The notes beneath the pieces were generated by a model, which was not told the DNA's origin, did no database searches, and saw only the letters and a program-made list of their open reading frames with translations. Positions 1-9,802 of a DNA stretch of 64,000 nucleotides are shown here, in pieces (position 1 is the first letter of the stretch; every line of letters begins with the position of its first letter). Where the stretch lies: positions 4,524 through 68,523 of the forward strand of contig JAQBQQ010000017.1 in the NCBI GenBank assembly GCA_028286915.1, given 5' to 3'. The stretch is from Candidatus Peribacteria bacterium (GTDB taxonomy: Bacteria > Patescibacteriota > Gracilibacteria > Peribacterales > Peribacteraceae). A program made the position numbers and the translations under genes.

Positions 1-29
1 TTATACGATGTATTATTCCACACTTATAT

Positions 30-941
30 ATGCTACCTATCGACACAGTGCCAGAAAGGCCGATATATAATAAGACCATTACGCAGCTGGAGCAGGTGCT
101 GGCAGAGTTCAAAAGGCAGAATAAGTATAAAAATATTTATAAAACTATTCATATCGATAGTCTGGAAGGGTTTAATGACGCTGAGTTGGAGCATGTCTGG
201 AAGCTTACGCAGTATGATTACGCCGGATATGCCCAGCTGGAATCGAAAAATCCTGACGTAAGAGAAAAATTTGCCCAGATAAAAGTAAAAGTTGATAGAG
301 AAGCGGACGCGGCGGCGGAGCAAAAGAAGATGGCAATGCATATGGCTGTACCCGCAGAGATTTCCGCGCACATACATGAGGATATGAAAGCGCTCGCCGT
401 GTACGTTCCGCCGGAATACGATGCGCTCATTTCGGACGGCTCTGATTTATCTTTTATTATTAAGGAGTACCACGGTGTTGTGGCCGATATGGCTGCACGC
501 CAGCAAATGCTGGTACGGATTATAGATGCTGTGTCTGCGCGAAAATCAGGTATAAAAAAAGAGATATCCGCTCTTGGGCATCAAAGAAATTTACCATCGT
601 CCGGATCCAAAAATACAGCCGTTATGCCCGTGCGCTCTACTCAGCTACAGCAGCAGGTACATAGTGGCCACAAACCGTCAGTTGGCAGAGCAATACAATC
701 CGTTCCGCATCATCCTGCTACGTCCATGCAACTTGCACACGGTAATCGTCCGCGGAATCCTATTAATCAATCGGCGCTTAAGGAAGTTATGAAGAACTAT
801 GATGACAAGGGGAATACGTTGCAACCGCCGCCGCAAACTCTGGTTTCCAGATTCAGTGGAGCGGTAAGGAATCTCTTTTCACCGAAGGGGCCATCCTTGG
901 AGGATATGAGATATTACGCACATATACCGGAAAGAGGGTGA
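30..941 (+). CDS. hypothetical protein (Q/P/H-rich C-terminus, no recognisable domain)
   Basis: Only long ATG-initiated ORF here (303 aa). Its stop abuts the stop of the convergent gene at 942. Confidence 0.45.
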   Translation: MLPIDTVPERPIYNKTITQLEQVLAEFKRQNKYKNIYKTIHIDSLEGFNDAELEHVWKLTQYDYAGYAQLESKNPDVREKFAQIKVKVDREADAAAEQKKMAMHMAVPAEISAHIHEDMKALAVYVPPEYDALISDGSDLSFIIKEYHGVVADMAARQQMLVRIIDAVSARKSGIKKEISALGHQRNLPSSGSKNTAVMPVRSTQLQQQVHSGHKPSVGRAIQSVPHHPATSMQLAHGNRPRNPINQSALKEVMKNYDDKGNTLQPPPQTLVSRFSGAVRNLFSPKGPSLEDMRYYAHIPERG

Positions 942-2537
942 TTATGGTTTTGATGCCAACTGCTTAAGCAATTCTTCAGCCATCGCATTTCCAGGGTTCT
1001 GCCTTAGCACTTCTTCCAGCTGATTTTTTGCTTCCGGGAATTTCTTCTGGTCCATGAATGCCATGCCCAAATTCAGTCGTGCCGCCAGCATATGCGGGTC
1101 TATGGCGAGTGCTTTTCGGTATGTTTCTGTTTCATCAGCCGTTCTGCCAAAGTGAGCATATGCCGCGCCAAGGTTACTCCAGCCATCGGCATTACGCGGG
1201 TGGAGAGCCAATGAATGCTCATATTCCCGTACGGCAGCTCGCCATTCATTCTTGTCCGCCCATTCCGTGCCGCGCACATAGGATGGCAGATAGAAACGGG
1301 GATAGAGTTGTTCCATGTGCGTAAAAAGAATGAGTGGATCGCGCCACAGACCGGCTTGCCGGACGCTCATATATGTGAAGATAATCAGCAGAAAAACGTC
1401 GGCGTATAAAGCATATTTCCGTATCATTTTTGTATTCAAAATATCGGAAAGCCAGATGCTGCAAAAAATAATCAGTCCAATGGATGGCAGATAGAGGTAC
1501 CGATTGGTGGTAATAAAATGGATGCCGTTTGTGGAAAGATTTGAGAGGCTGGGACTGAGTGCCAACAGGAAAAATACGAATGCACTCAAGGGAAGCAGGT
1601 ATTTCTTTTTGATAAAAAATATTGATCCGAAAATAATCAGACAAAGAACAAGGGAGGCTATGAGTAGTGGCGATGTCCATGCAACGGGCACAAGGTACGG
1701 ATACGCAAGCGTGAGATGAACGGGCACCAGGATTTTTCCGAGCGAAAACAGAATGCCGTACGGCACAATGGGCAGAGTTTCCGTGACGGGATTGTTATGG
1801 AGCAGTTGTGTTTTGCCGTGCAGGGCAATGGCGGCAAAAATGAAGCTATAAACCAAAAAAGGCCAAAGGTGGACGTACGTTTTTTTGATTTGGGATCTGT
1901 CTGTTGCCTGTCCCTGCGCGTACATAAAGAAGGGAAATGTGAGTGGTAACAGCAGGACAGTTACCTTGCTAAGCAGGGCGAACGCAAAGAGGATAATGCT
2001 GGTGCCCAGCCATTGCTGCCGCATATTTTTCTGGTATTTCAGATACATCAGCAGGCTGCCAAGGAGAAACACCGTACTCAGCAGGTCTTTGCGTGATGAT
2101 ACCCAGACAACGGTATCGGCATGCGCCGGATGCACGGCAAAAACAGCGGCGCCAAGGAATGCCGGAAGATATTTCCGCGGACGCAGCTGGAGAATCAGAC
2201 CCATGACCAGGAGCGTGCTGCCCATGTGCAGGAGAATATTCGTGAGGTGGAATACCCATGCGGCACCGTTGCCCATGAACCAGTCCAGCTGATACGAAAG
2301 CAGCGTAAATGGCACATAGAGTTCCGGGTCATATGTGGTGAACGCGCGTCCAACCGTGTGCAGGCTGATGGCTTGAATGGTTGTATTCTCCGTTACGAGA
2401 GACGGGTCATCCAGGTTAATAAAACCATACGTGAGTGTTTGTGCGTACACCGATGCAATAAGTACCAGCAATACAACTGATCCGATAAGCAGAAACTTTT
2501 TTGGATACTTTTCTCTTTGTGAATAAAAATGAAACAT
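942..2537 (-). CDS. TMTC/PMT-like multi-pass membrane glycosyltransferase with C-terminal TPR repeats
   Basis: Many hydrophobic helices, N-terminal GFINLDDPSLV motif typical of TMTC/PMT_2-type enzymes, TPR-like C-terminus. The ORF-track start at 2606 is TTG and overlaps a terminator; the first ATG is at 2537. Confidence 0.6.
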   Translation of the reverse strand: MFHFYSQREKYPKKFLLIGSVVLLVLIASVYAQTLTYGFINLDDPSLVTENTTIQAISLHTVGRAFTTYDPELYVPFTLLSYQLDWFMGNGAAWVFHLTNILLHMGSTLLVMGLILQLRPRKYLPAFLGAAVFAVHPAHADTVVWVSSRKDLLSTVFLLGSLLMYLKYQKNMRQQWLGTSIILFAFALLSKVTVLLLPLTFPFFMYAQGQATDRSQIKKTYVHLWPFLVYSFIFAAIALHGKTQLLHNNPVTETLPIVPYGILFSLGKILVPVHLTLAYPYLVPVAWTSPLLIASLVLCLIIFGSIFFIKKKYLLPLSAFVFFLLALSPSLSNLSTNGIHFITTNRYLYLPSIGLIIFCSIWLSDILNTKMIRKYALYADVFLLIIFTYMSVRQAGLWRDPLILFTHMEQLYPRFYLPSYVRGTEWADKNEWRAAVREYEHSLALHPRNADGWSNLGAAYAHFGRTADETETYRKALAIDPHMLAARLNLGMAFMDQKKFPEAKNQLEEVLRQNPGNAMAEELLKQLASKP

Positions 2538-2595
2538 GCGGAAGGCATGATATGTGAAAGCACCAAAAAGATGAAATCCCGGATAAGGCCAATAT

Positions 2596-2632
2596 AAAAA
2601 ATTCAAGACTCAAAGCTCAGAGCTCAAGTCTT
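2596..2632 (-). terminator. rho-independent terminator after the response-regulator gene
   Basis: AAGACT..AGCTC / GAGCT..AGTCTT hairpin followed on the minus strand by a T-run (A-run 2596-2601 on plus). Confidence 0.55.
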
Positions 2633-2652
2633 AAAACTTTTCTTAGAACTTT

Positions 2653-3045
2653 TTACGCAGGCAGCGGCTCATTGAACCCCAGTACGTTCTGAATATTCGC
2701 CATGACAGTCTTGAGCGAAATTTGGGACTTCATGTAGCAGTCGCGGGCGCCGAGCTTCTTGGCATGTGCTAGGTGCTCCGGCTGTGATAGGTTGGTCATT
2801 ACCATAACCGGCGTATCTTTATTGATGGTGGCAGCTTTTTCTTCCAGAACCATATAGCCGTCTTTCATTGGCAGAATAATGTCCAGCAGGACAAGATCAA
2901 ACTTGGTCTTGATGAGCATGTCTATGGCCTGTTGGCCATCGGCACAGACAGTTGGCTCAAAACCGTTCTTCATCAGCTTGATGTAGAGCGTTGTCTGGAG
3001 GGCTTTTTCGTCCTCTACAATGAGTATTTTCTTTTTGTCTGCCAT
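2653..3045 (-). CDS. receiver-only response regulator (CheY-like)
   Basis: KKILIVEDE...DLVLLDIILPMKDG receiver motifs and no output domain. ATG at 3045 sits 7 nt downstream of a TATAAT. Confidence 0.85.
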   Translation of the reverse strand: MADKKKILIVEDEKALQTTLYIKLMKNGFEPTVCADGQQAIDMLIKTKFDLVLLDIILPMKDGYMVLEEKAATINKDTPVMVMTNLSQPEHLAHAKKLGARDCYMKSQISLKTVMANIQNVLGFNEPLPA

Positions 3046-3052
3046 ACACACT

Positions 3053-3081
3053 ATTATAGAGGATTTTGGGTTTTTTTGCAA
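3053..3081 (-). promoter_or_regulatory. sigma70-like promoter TTGCAA-17-TATAAT, 7 nt from the ATG (leaderless)
   Basis: Minus-strand read: -35 TTGCAA (3076-3081), 17-nt spacer, -10 TATAAT (3053-3058), then 7 nt to ATG 3045. Confidence 0.6.
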
Positions 3082-3160
3082 TATGGCCGCTTTAGACGGC
3101 TTAAAGAGGCAATAGCGCTACTATTTACTTATAGGGAGCTTTTTACGCTACTATAGGCGC

Positions 3161-3820
3161 ATGAAGATTCATGCCGACCGCATTTTATTCCAGGATGAGC
3201 ACCTTTTGGCGGTCAATAAATTGTCCGGCGAACTGGTAGTCAAAGGCGCCGGCCGCATAGACAGGCTGCCGCTGCTCGATTTCCTCAAGCAGGAGTACCC
3301 GGGAATCCGGCCGCTTAACCGTCTGGATTTTGAAACATCCGGCATTGTGCTGTTTGCCAGAACAAAGCATATGTTTGATGTCATGGAGGAGCAGTACAAG
3401 GCGCACGAGATGAAGAAGGTATACAGGGCGCTAGTGGTTGGCTGGCTGCCGAAAACCAAAGGAACTATTGATAGCAAACTGCCGTCGCGCATAACCAAAG
3501 AACCGGTGGAAGCTACCACGCGCTACAGTGTCATTGAGCGGCTGCCGCTTGTGACGTATGTGGAAGCCGATATGGACAGCGGCCGGCATCATCAGATTCG
3601 CAGGCATTTTGCCAACATCAAGCACCCGTTGGTCATGGACGACGTGTACGGCGATGCCAAGTTTAATAAGCTTTTTTTCCGCCAGTTTAAGTACGAGCGG
3701 TTTTTCCTGCACGCAGCCTCTCTGTCATTTGTGCATCCGTTCACGAAAGAAACAATACACATCACCGCGCCGCTGCCGAGGCATTTTCTGGATGTGCTGA
3801 AAAAGCTGAAGGCGCTGTGA
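3161..3820 (+). CDS. RluA-family pseudouridine synthase
   Basis: GRHHQIRRHF catalytic-region motif, NRLDFETSGIVLFA, typical length (219 aa). Confidence 0.85.
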   Translation: MKIHADRILFQDEHLLAVNKLSGELVVKGAGRIDRLPLLDFLKQEYPGIRPLNRLDFETSGIVLFARTKHMFDVMEEQYKAHEMKKVYRALVVGWLPKTKGTIDSKLPSRITKEPVEATTRYSVIERLPLVTYVEADMDSGRHHQIRRHFANIKHPLVMDDVYGDAKFNKLFFRQFKYERFFLHAASLSFVHPFTKETIHITAPLPRHFLDVLKKLKAL

Positions 3821-3902
3821 GGACAATTAAATTTATGTTGAAGCTATCATAAGGGTCCATGTTATATATCCCTTAATACATATTCTATTTTCTGTTATTA
3901 TT

Positions 3903-4874
3903 TTGCATATGCGCGTTCTCTCCGGACTTCAGCCATCGGGTACTATGCATTTGGGGAACTACTTTGGTTCCATTAAGCCGAATTTTGAATGGCTGGGCAA
4001 AGCCGATGAGAATCTGTTTTTCATTGTGGATTTGCACGCTCTTACAACCGTGCGTAACCCGGATGATCTGCGAAAGTTCCGGCGCGATGCATTGCTGGAT
4101 TTTCTGGCCTGCGGGTTTGATCCGGCGAAGGCAATTATTTTCTACCAGTCCGACGTTTTGGAGCATACGGAGCTTATGTGGATTCTGTCTACGCTTACGC
4201 CCATGGGACTCCTGGAGCGGGCTGTCAGCTATAAAGACAAAGTGGAAAAGGGGATTTCTGCAACGGCCGGATTGTTTACGTACCCGGTCCTCATGGCGGC
4301 GGATATTCTGCTCTACGATGCGAATGTAGTTCCGGTCGGGAAGGATCAGAAGCAGCATGTGGAAATGACGCGTGACATAGCCATTAAGTTTAATAATGAA
4401 TTCGGTGATACATTCGTTATCCCCGAGCCGCAGATTCGCGAGGAGGTAGCGGTTGTTCCGGGTACCGACGGCCAGAAAATGAGTAAGAGTTATGGTAATA
4501 CCATTCCCATTTTTGGTGAAGAGAAAGATATAAAGAAGGCAATTATGAGCATTGTGACGGATTCCCGGGAAGCAACGGCGCCTAAAGATCCGGATACTAC
4601 GATTACGTATCAGATTCATAAGCTGTTTTTGTCGGGTACCGATGCAGCTGCTTTGGCCGATGAATACAGAAACGGCCTGATGTACGGCGAAGGGAAGAAG
4701 CGCTTGTTTGAAGCATATCTGGATGCATTCGGACCCATGAGAGCAAAGCGCGCCGAGCTGGAGAAAAATGATGATCTCTTACAGCAGATTGCGGCCGATG
4801 GTGCGAAGAAAGCCCGGCTGATTGCAGGCGCGACGATGGAAAGGGTGAAGAGAGCTGTCGGGTTGATTGGTTGA
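3903..4874 (+). CDS. trpS: tryptophan--tRNA ligase
   Basis: RVLSGLQPSGTMHLGNYFG (HIGH-type motif) and KMSKS motif (GQKMSKSYGN). 323 aa. Confidence 0.95.
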   Translation: MHMRVLSGLQPSGTMHLGNYFGSIKPNFEWLGKADENLFFIVDLHALTTVRNPDDLRKFRRDALLDFLACGFDPAKAIIFYQSDVLEHTELMWILSTLTPMGLLERAVSYKDKVEKGISATAGLFTYPVLMAADILLYDANVVPVGKDQKQHVEMTRDIAIKFNNEFGDTFVIPEPQIREEVAVVPGTDGQKMSKSYGNTIPIFGEEKDIKKAIMSIVTDSREATAPKDPDTTITYQIHKLFLSGTDAAALADEYRNGLMYGEGKKRLFEAYLDAFGPMRAKRAELEKNDDLLQQIAADGAKKARLIAGATMERVKRAVGLIG

Positions 4875-4954
4875 TTGGTTTACTGGAATATATTTTATTA
4901 TTAGTTATTTCCAATCAACAAATTAACCAATAAACGAATCCATATATTCATTCT

Positions 4955-5545
4955 ATGAATCAGCCATCACGTCTTATTCTGGCCTCTTCCAGTCCCCAGC
5001 GAAAAACCTTACTGCAAGGTTTGGGTTTGGATTTTGAGGTGGTTCCCAGTGCATTCAATGAGTCCGACCACGTAGAACATGATCCGGCGAAACGGGCCAT
5101 GGCTTTGGCGGAACTAAAAGCGGCAGATGTGGCGGCAAAAAATCCGAGTTGCTGGGTTATAGGGTGCGATACGCTGGTTGTTTCTGCCGATGGCACGCTG
5201 TTAGAAAAGCCATTGGATGAAGCGGAAGCCAGGTCCATGTTACAGGCTCACAGTGGAAGTACGTCTTTGGTTCATTCCGGCCTTTGTGTTATTGCGCCGA
5301 CTGGTGAGCGCATCATTGACATATCAACCTCTAAGGTACAGTTTAAGGAATTATCCGAACAGGATATGGATTGGTGGCTATCAGATGTAGCCCGATGGAA
5401 GAACAGTTCAGGCGCATTCAAAATTGACGGTCCCGGCCAGCTGATGATTGAGCGGATAGAAGGGGACTGGACGAGTATTGTGGGTTTGCCGGTATTTTTG
5501 CTGGGAAAAATAATGCGGCAGATGCGGGCGCCGTTTTTATCTTGA
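4955..5545 (+). CDS. maf: Maf-like nucleoside triphosphate pyrophosphatase
   Basis: LILASSSPQRKTLL N-terminus, conserved Maf layout, 196 aa. Confidence 0.9.
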   Translation: MNQPSRLILASSSPQRKTLLQGLGLDFEVVPSAFNESDHVEHDPAKRAMALAELKAADVAAKNPSCWVIGCDTLVVSADGTLLEKPLDEAEARSMLQAHSGSTSLVHSGLCVIAPTGERIIDISTSKVQFKELSEQDMDWWLSDVARWKNSSGAFKIDGPGQLMIERIEGDWTSIVGLPVFLLGKIMRQMRAPFLS

Positions 5546-5640
5546 GAAACAAGAAGTACAAGGGAATCAGGCGAGGCGGGTGAGGAGCGTTTTGATACAA
5601 AAGCTACAACCTGTTCACTGCAACTTCCTCACCCGTCTCA

Positions 5641-5787
5641 TTATTCATCATCCGTAAACGGTTCCACGCTGCCGCCTTCGCCAATGGCGCGTCCGAGTTC
5701 GGGGTCAATATCGTCATTGAGGGCAAGTGGATCGTCTGCCACTTCTTCGTCATCATCTTCATCGCTATTGTCATAGAAATTAGTCAT
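5641..5787 (-). CDS. possible small, highly acidic protein (48 aa)
   Basis: My own translation: MTNFYDNSDEDDDEEVADDPLALNDDIDPELGRAIGEGGSVEPFTDDE. Below the ORF-track size cutoff. Fills an otherwise empty 290-nt gap. Confidence 0.3.
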   Translation of the reverse strand: MTNFYDNSDEDDDEEVADDPLALNDDIDPELGRAIGEGGSVEPFTDDE

Positions 5788-5837
5788 AGAATGGGAGGGG
5801 TAGAGGAGTGAAAGCAGGATACTGCTGCCTGAGACCG

Positions 5838-6536
5838 TTACAGCGCCGAGAGCTTGAATGTGCGCAGTTTTTTGCGTAATGCATCGTAATTCGGCAGAGC
5901 GGATTCTACTACTTTCCAGTACGCTTTTGAATGGTCTTTGCGTACGCAGTGCGCCAGCTCATGGATGATGACGTAATCCAGCAGTTCTTCTGACGTAAAA
6001 AGAAGAGCGGTATTCAGCATAATGACGCCCCGGGCCGAGCAGCTGCCCCACTGGCTTTGGGCATATTGCAGCTTGGTGTCGGAAATAGCTACGTTCAGTG
6101 TCCGCTGATTTACCAGTCGTACCCGGTCGCTTAAAATATCGGCGTAGGTTTTGGAGAGAAGTTTCCACAGTAACCGGTGCAGCGATGCGCGCTTTGTCTG
6201 GGTGCTTACGTCCACCAGCCAGCCGCTGGCATGTTCTTTGCCTTTGGTACGCGTTCCCGGCTGCAGTGTAAACAGTGTATGTGCATCAAAAATGGTCGAC
6301 ACGTTGAGCGTGGCTGCGCCTTGCAGCAGTGGCTCAAATGGCTGGATGGCGGACCGTTCCTGTTCTTTCCGGACTTGTCTGGCCATACGACGAAGGAGAT
6401 TGTCTATGTGTGCCTGCTCCTCGTGCGCCGAGAGGTTCCTGGCAAGCCGGATGACGATAGTGGAACCATCCAAAAATGCGCGCGAGTGTCTGTTGCGCGA
6501 ATGTTCAATGCGATGGGGAATATGGGCGTGCGTCAT
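5838..6536 (-). CDS. YgjP-like (DUF45) M48-type zinc metallohydrolase
   Basis: HELAH (HExxH) in IIHELAHCVRKDHSKAYW, the typical C-terminal location for the family. Confidence 0.8.
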   Translation of the reverse strand: MTHAHIPHRIEHSRNRHSRAFLDGSTIVIRLARNLSAHEEQAHIDNLLRRMARQVRKEQERSAIQPFEPLLQGAATLNVSTIFDAHTLFTLQPGTRTKGKEHASGWLVDVSTQTKRASLHRLLWKLLSKTYADILSDRVRLVNQRTLNVAISDTKLQYAQSQWGSCSARGVIMLNTALLFTSEELLDYVIIHELAHCVRKDHSKAYWKVVESALPNYDALRKKLRTFKLSAL

Positions 6537-6617
6537 AAGGCAAAGGCAGGCGATGCTCTCTCCATTTCTACGAAAAATATTTCAAGCGATGAGTCCTGCG
6601 CAGGGAAGCCTGTAGTT

Positions 6618-7520
6618 TTAGTACGGCTTTATCGGAACAGCTGCGGCATTTTTTGCGTACACCGGAATAGCGGAAATCTGATCCGTGCAGGCAGTAAGGT
6701 CTGCCAGTAATTGACGGTAGACATCTTTCTTCTGCGTCTCTTCCGGCAGGAAAACCTGCAATACTTTCTGTTCAGCCGAAGAAAGACATTGTTTGGCGCT
6801 TGCCCAGGATTGCAAATCCTCTCCGGCGAGCGCATTTTGCTCGGCTGCGGCGGTATTGGTTAGATCCATGGTGTGGTACAGCCAGTTGAGCAATTTATCG
6901 GCGCGTACCAACGTAAGTGTCAGGTTGGCGGCATCGCGATAATTTTTTTGTAAATTCTTTTTGGCGGTAATGAGTTGTTCTTCGTTCTCAAACACGCCCT
7001 GGTCTATGGCATTCACGAATGAGTTCACAGCTTCCAGTGCGGATTCCAGCGGTGGCATAAGGCTCTTTTTAAAGAGCAATAATTGTCCGGGAATGGCCTG
7101 GGCGTATTTGTCGGCGGCGCGGTAGTACTCGCGATCCAGTGTTAATTCGCCGCGAACGCAGCGCAATTTGGTGGCCAGAAGCGCATCTTTGTTGCTGCGG
7201 CGGATATCTTCGCGGCACTGGGCGCGGAGCGCGCTTCGGTCTGTGCGGTACTTGGTAAGTGCCGCCCGGAATGCGGTTTCGTTCTGGCTTCCCTTTAGCC
7301 GGAAATCGGTAAACCCGGCCAGCCGCCGCGCGCGGTCTTTTTCCTGCGCTATCTGTTCGGGAGTTTTTTGTGCAACCGCAGGCGTTACGCTGCCACTGCC
7401 CTGCAACGAACCCGAACCGGTAACACCTCCACTGCCGGTTTTCTGCGCAAAGACAGATGACGACAGTAGCAGCAGACATAAAGCGAAAAACAGACCGGAG
7501 AGGTGGCGGGAAGAATGCAT
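6618..7520 (-). CDS. secreted hypothetical protein
   Basis: N-terminal signal peptide (LFFALCLLLLSSSVFAQ), G/S-rich linker, helical remainder. Confidence 0.5.
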   Translation of the reverse strand: MHSSRHLSGLFFALCLLLLSSSVFAQKTGSGGVTGSGSLQGSGSVTPAVAQKTPEQIAQEKDRARRLAGFTDFRLKGSQNETAFRAALTKYRTDRSALRAQCREDIRRSNKDALLATKLRCVRGELTLDREYYRAADKYAQAIPGQLLLFKKSLMPPLESALEAVNSFVNAIDQGVFENEEQLITAKKNLQKNYRDAANLTLTLVRADKLLNWLYHTMDLTNTAAAEQNALAGEDLQSWASAKQCLSSAEQKVLQVFLPEETQKKDVYRQLLADLTACTDQISAIPVYAKNAAAVPIKPY

Positions 7521-7693
7521 AGTAACGCTATCTTATACTAATTTTCGTAAAAAATAGCAGGAATTATCGATCTTTTGAATCAAGGGTAAAGAAACATGCG
7601 AGCTCTCGCTGGAGAGGAAAATAACCACAAGCGAACAAGTGAGCGATAGCGCCATGAAAATGCCCGCTGTATCCACTTACTGCTCATTTTCTA

Positions 7694-9748
7694 CTACAGT
7701 ATTTCCCGCAGCAATGCCGCTTCTTTTTCGGCAAACTTGAGCACGGTTTCCACGTACGTGGAGTGGCTCCATGTAAGTGGCGAGACGGAGAGGTGCTTGC
7801 CGGTGAGCGGGTGCATTTGCTCGGGCAGGACGCCGGAACTGGTTGCCTGCTTTACCACCCATTGCAGGATGGCTCGTGCCGGTTCCAGTTCGGCCACATC
7901 CAGCGCGTGGTCTATGTGCCACTGGGCGTACCAGAGCGTGGTAATAATCCAGGGGTTGCCGGGAATTTCTTTGCTAAGCGGCGTGCACCACTGGTAATTG
8001 TCGTTCGGGTAACGGGCCATGCCGCCGACGCTTGTCCGGACAGTAAGATGTTCTTCCAGTTGCCTCATGGTGGAGACAATGCGCGGGTCATGAGCGGGGA
8101 GGACACCCAGCATCCAGACGACGGATATGCTGGCGTCCGGTGTGGTATCGACGTCGGTTGTTTTGCCGTCTTTCCGGGTGATTTTTTTGACGAAGCGCTG
8201 CGTGCCTTCATCAAACAAATGGAAACACAGTGCCTGCTTCATTTCATCGGCAATCTGCTGATAGTGTTCGGAGTGCTTGTGGTGTCCCAGCAGGTGCGCA
8301 ATCTGTGCGGCTGCATGCAGGCCGGCCACCGTGGAAGCGGTTGTGTAGGTAAATATGCCGCGGTGTTCTTCCCACGGGTCGTAGCTTGCCAGTGGCAAAC
8401 CTGTTTCCTCTTCGCGGAAATCACACAGGAACTGGGCTGCGTTTTTAACGAATCCTTCCCAGATCTTCTGCAGGAATTCGAAGTCCCGGACATTCATGAA
8501 GTGCTTCCAGATGGCATAAATGACCAGTGCCGTTTCGTCTTCCTGTATTGGCAGCTGCGGTTCATTGTGAGCATACCACGGGTGCCAGGATGAACCGGGC
8601 GAGCCGTCGGGGTTGTACTTATGCAGCATGTAGCCGTCCGGCATCTGGCAGCGGGCGCAGAATTCAAAGAAAGTGCGTGTCACTTCGCCGTAGCCGGCGC
8701 GGTCCAGTGCCATGCTCACAAAGGCGCCGTCGCGCGGCCAGACATAGGTGTAGGTATCGCGGTTGAATGCCATAATATCGCTGTCGGCTGCGGCAATAAT
8801 GCCGCCGTTTGAGTCAATATGCGTGCGGATCATGAGCAGGCTTCGCTTGTATAAATCCACAATATCGGCGCCGAGTGTGCCGAAATCCTGTTTGTTCTTA
8901 TTCACCCAGCTCTTCCAGTAATTGTGACAGTTTCGGTGCAGACGCTCGGGCGTTTCTTCTATGACAATTTGCTGCAGTTTTAGAACTTCGTTTAAGTGCT
9001 TACCCAGGCACAGCCAGAGAACCACTTCCGTTTCCTTATCGCCCTCCACCACGGCATCAATGGAAATAGTGGAATCCACCGAACCCTGCTCAATGGGGTT
9101 TTGCGATAAAATACCGTCTTCGGCATCGCGCCATGTTCCTTCCAGGCCGCGGTATTCAGATTTTCCAACGGTAAAAGAGGAGATGCCGCAGCTGTGGAGC
9201 TGCTCCATACTGCGCAAAATGGTGGAGTTTTTATCGCCGCGCTTGCCTATGAAACATTCGTCTGTATTGCTGCTCTGGCCGCCAATAAGAAAGTAGCGGT
9301 TCTGGCGGTAGTGAATGACGGAGTTGGTATACGGCTCGTAGAAGGCGGTATCTTTCTGCTTGTCGCCGTAAATGTGGAAATCATGGTTAAAAAAGAGTTT
9401 CACTTTGCGCTTCTCGCCGTGCAGCGTGCGGATATTAAAGTGGCGCATGAGCACGTCGTGAACCGGATGCACGTAATCCAGGAGTTTGATTTCAATTCCC
9501 AGATGCTCATTTCTGAGTGTGCTGTTTCCCACCAGTGTTTCGGGCGTGTAGCGGATATCAATCTGCCACGTACCGTCGTTGATCCAGGAGAAACCGACAC
9601 CTTCCACCATGACACCGATGCGGTGCATATGGCCATACGTAGTCTGATCTTCCATGCCCACGTACGGGTAGTATAAGTCACGCAGTTGCAGACATTCATC
9701 GAATGCCGCAAGGACGCGGGAGTTGCCGAGGACGAGCGAGCGGGGCAT
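7694..9748 (-). CDS. glycoside hydrolase family 15 (glucoamylase/glucodextranase-like)
   Basis: 684 aa with an archaeal-type GH15 layout. Conserved blocks: YTYVWPRDGAF, HPWY, LPEQ. Confidence 0.85.
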   Translation of the reverse strand: MPRSLVLGNSRVLAAFDECLQLRDLYYPYVGMEDQTTYGHMHRIGVMVEGVGFSWINDGTWQIDIRYTPETLVGNSTLRNEHLGIEIKLLDYVHPVHDVLMRHFNIRTLHGEKRKVKLFFNHDFHIYGDKQKDTAFYEPYTNSVIHYRQNRYFLIGGQSSNTDECFIGKRGDKNSTILRSMEQLHSCGISSFTVGKSEYRGLEGTWRDAEDGILSQNPIEQGSVDSTISIDAVVEGDKETEVVLWLCLGKHLNEVLKLQQIVIEETPERLHRNCHNYWKSWVNKNKQDFGTLGADIVDLYKRSLLMIRTHIDSNGGIIAAADSDIMAFNRDTYTYVWPRDGAFVSMALDRAGYGEVTRTFFEFCARCQMPDGYMLHKYNPDGSPGSSWHPWYAHNEPQLPIQEDETALVIYAIWKHFMNVRDFEFLQKIWEGFVKNAAQFLCDFREEETGLPLASYDPWEEHRGIFTYTTASTVAGLHAAAQIAHLLGHHKHSEHYQQIADEMKQALCFHLFDEGTQRFVKKITRKDGKTTDVDTTPDASISVVWMLGVLPAHDPRIVSTMRQLEEHLTVRTSVGGMARYPNDNYQWCTPLSKEIPGNPWIITTLWYAQWHIDHALDVAELEPARAILQWVVKQATSSGVLPEQMHPLTGKHLSVSPLTWSHSTYVETVLKFAEKEAALLREIL

Positions 9749-9802
9749 AAAGAGGTGAAGGTATTTTCTACGTACTACTTGATACGTACTACGTAGTGCG
9801 TA

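Noticed and set aside
939-944. Zero-spacer convergent stop codons (TGA at 939-941 and TTA at 942-944) as a possible regulatory overlap
   Set aside because: Simple abutment of two stop codons. No structure or motif is associated with it.
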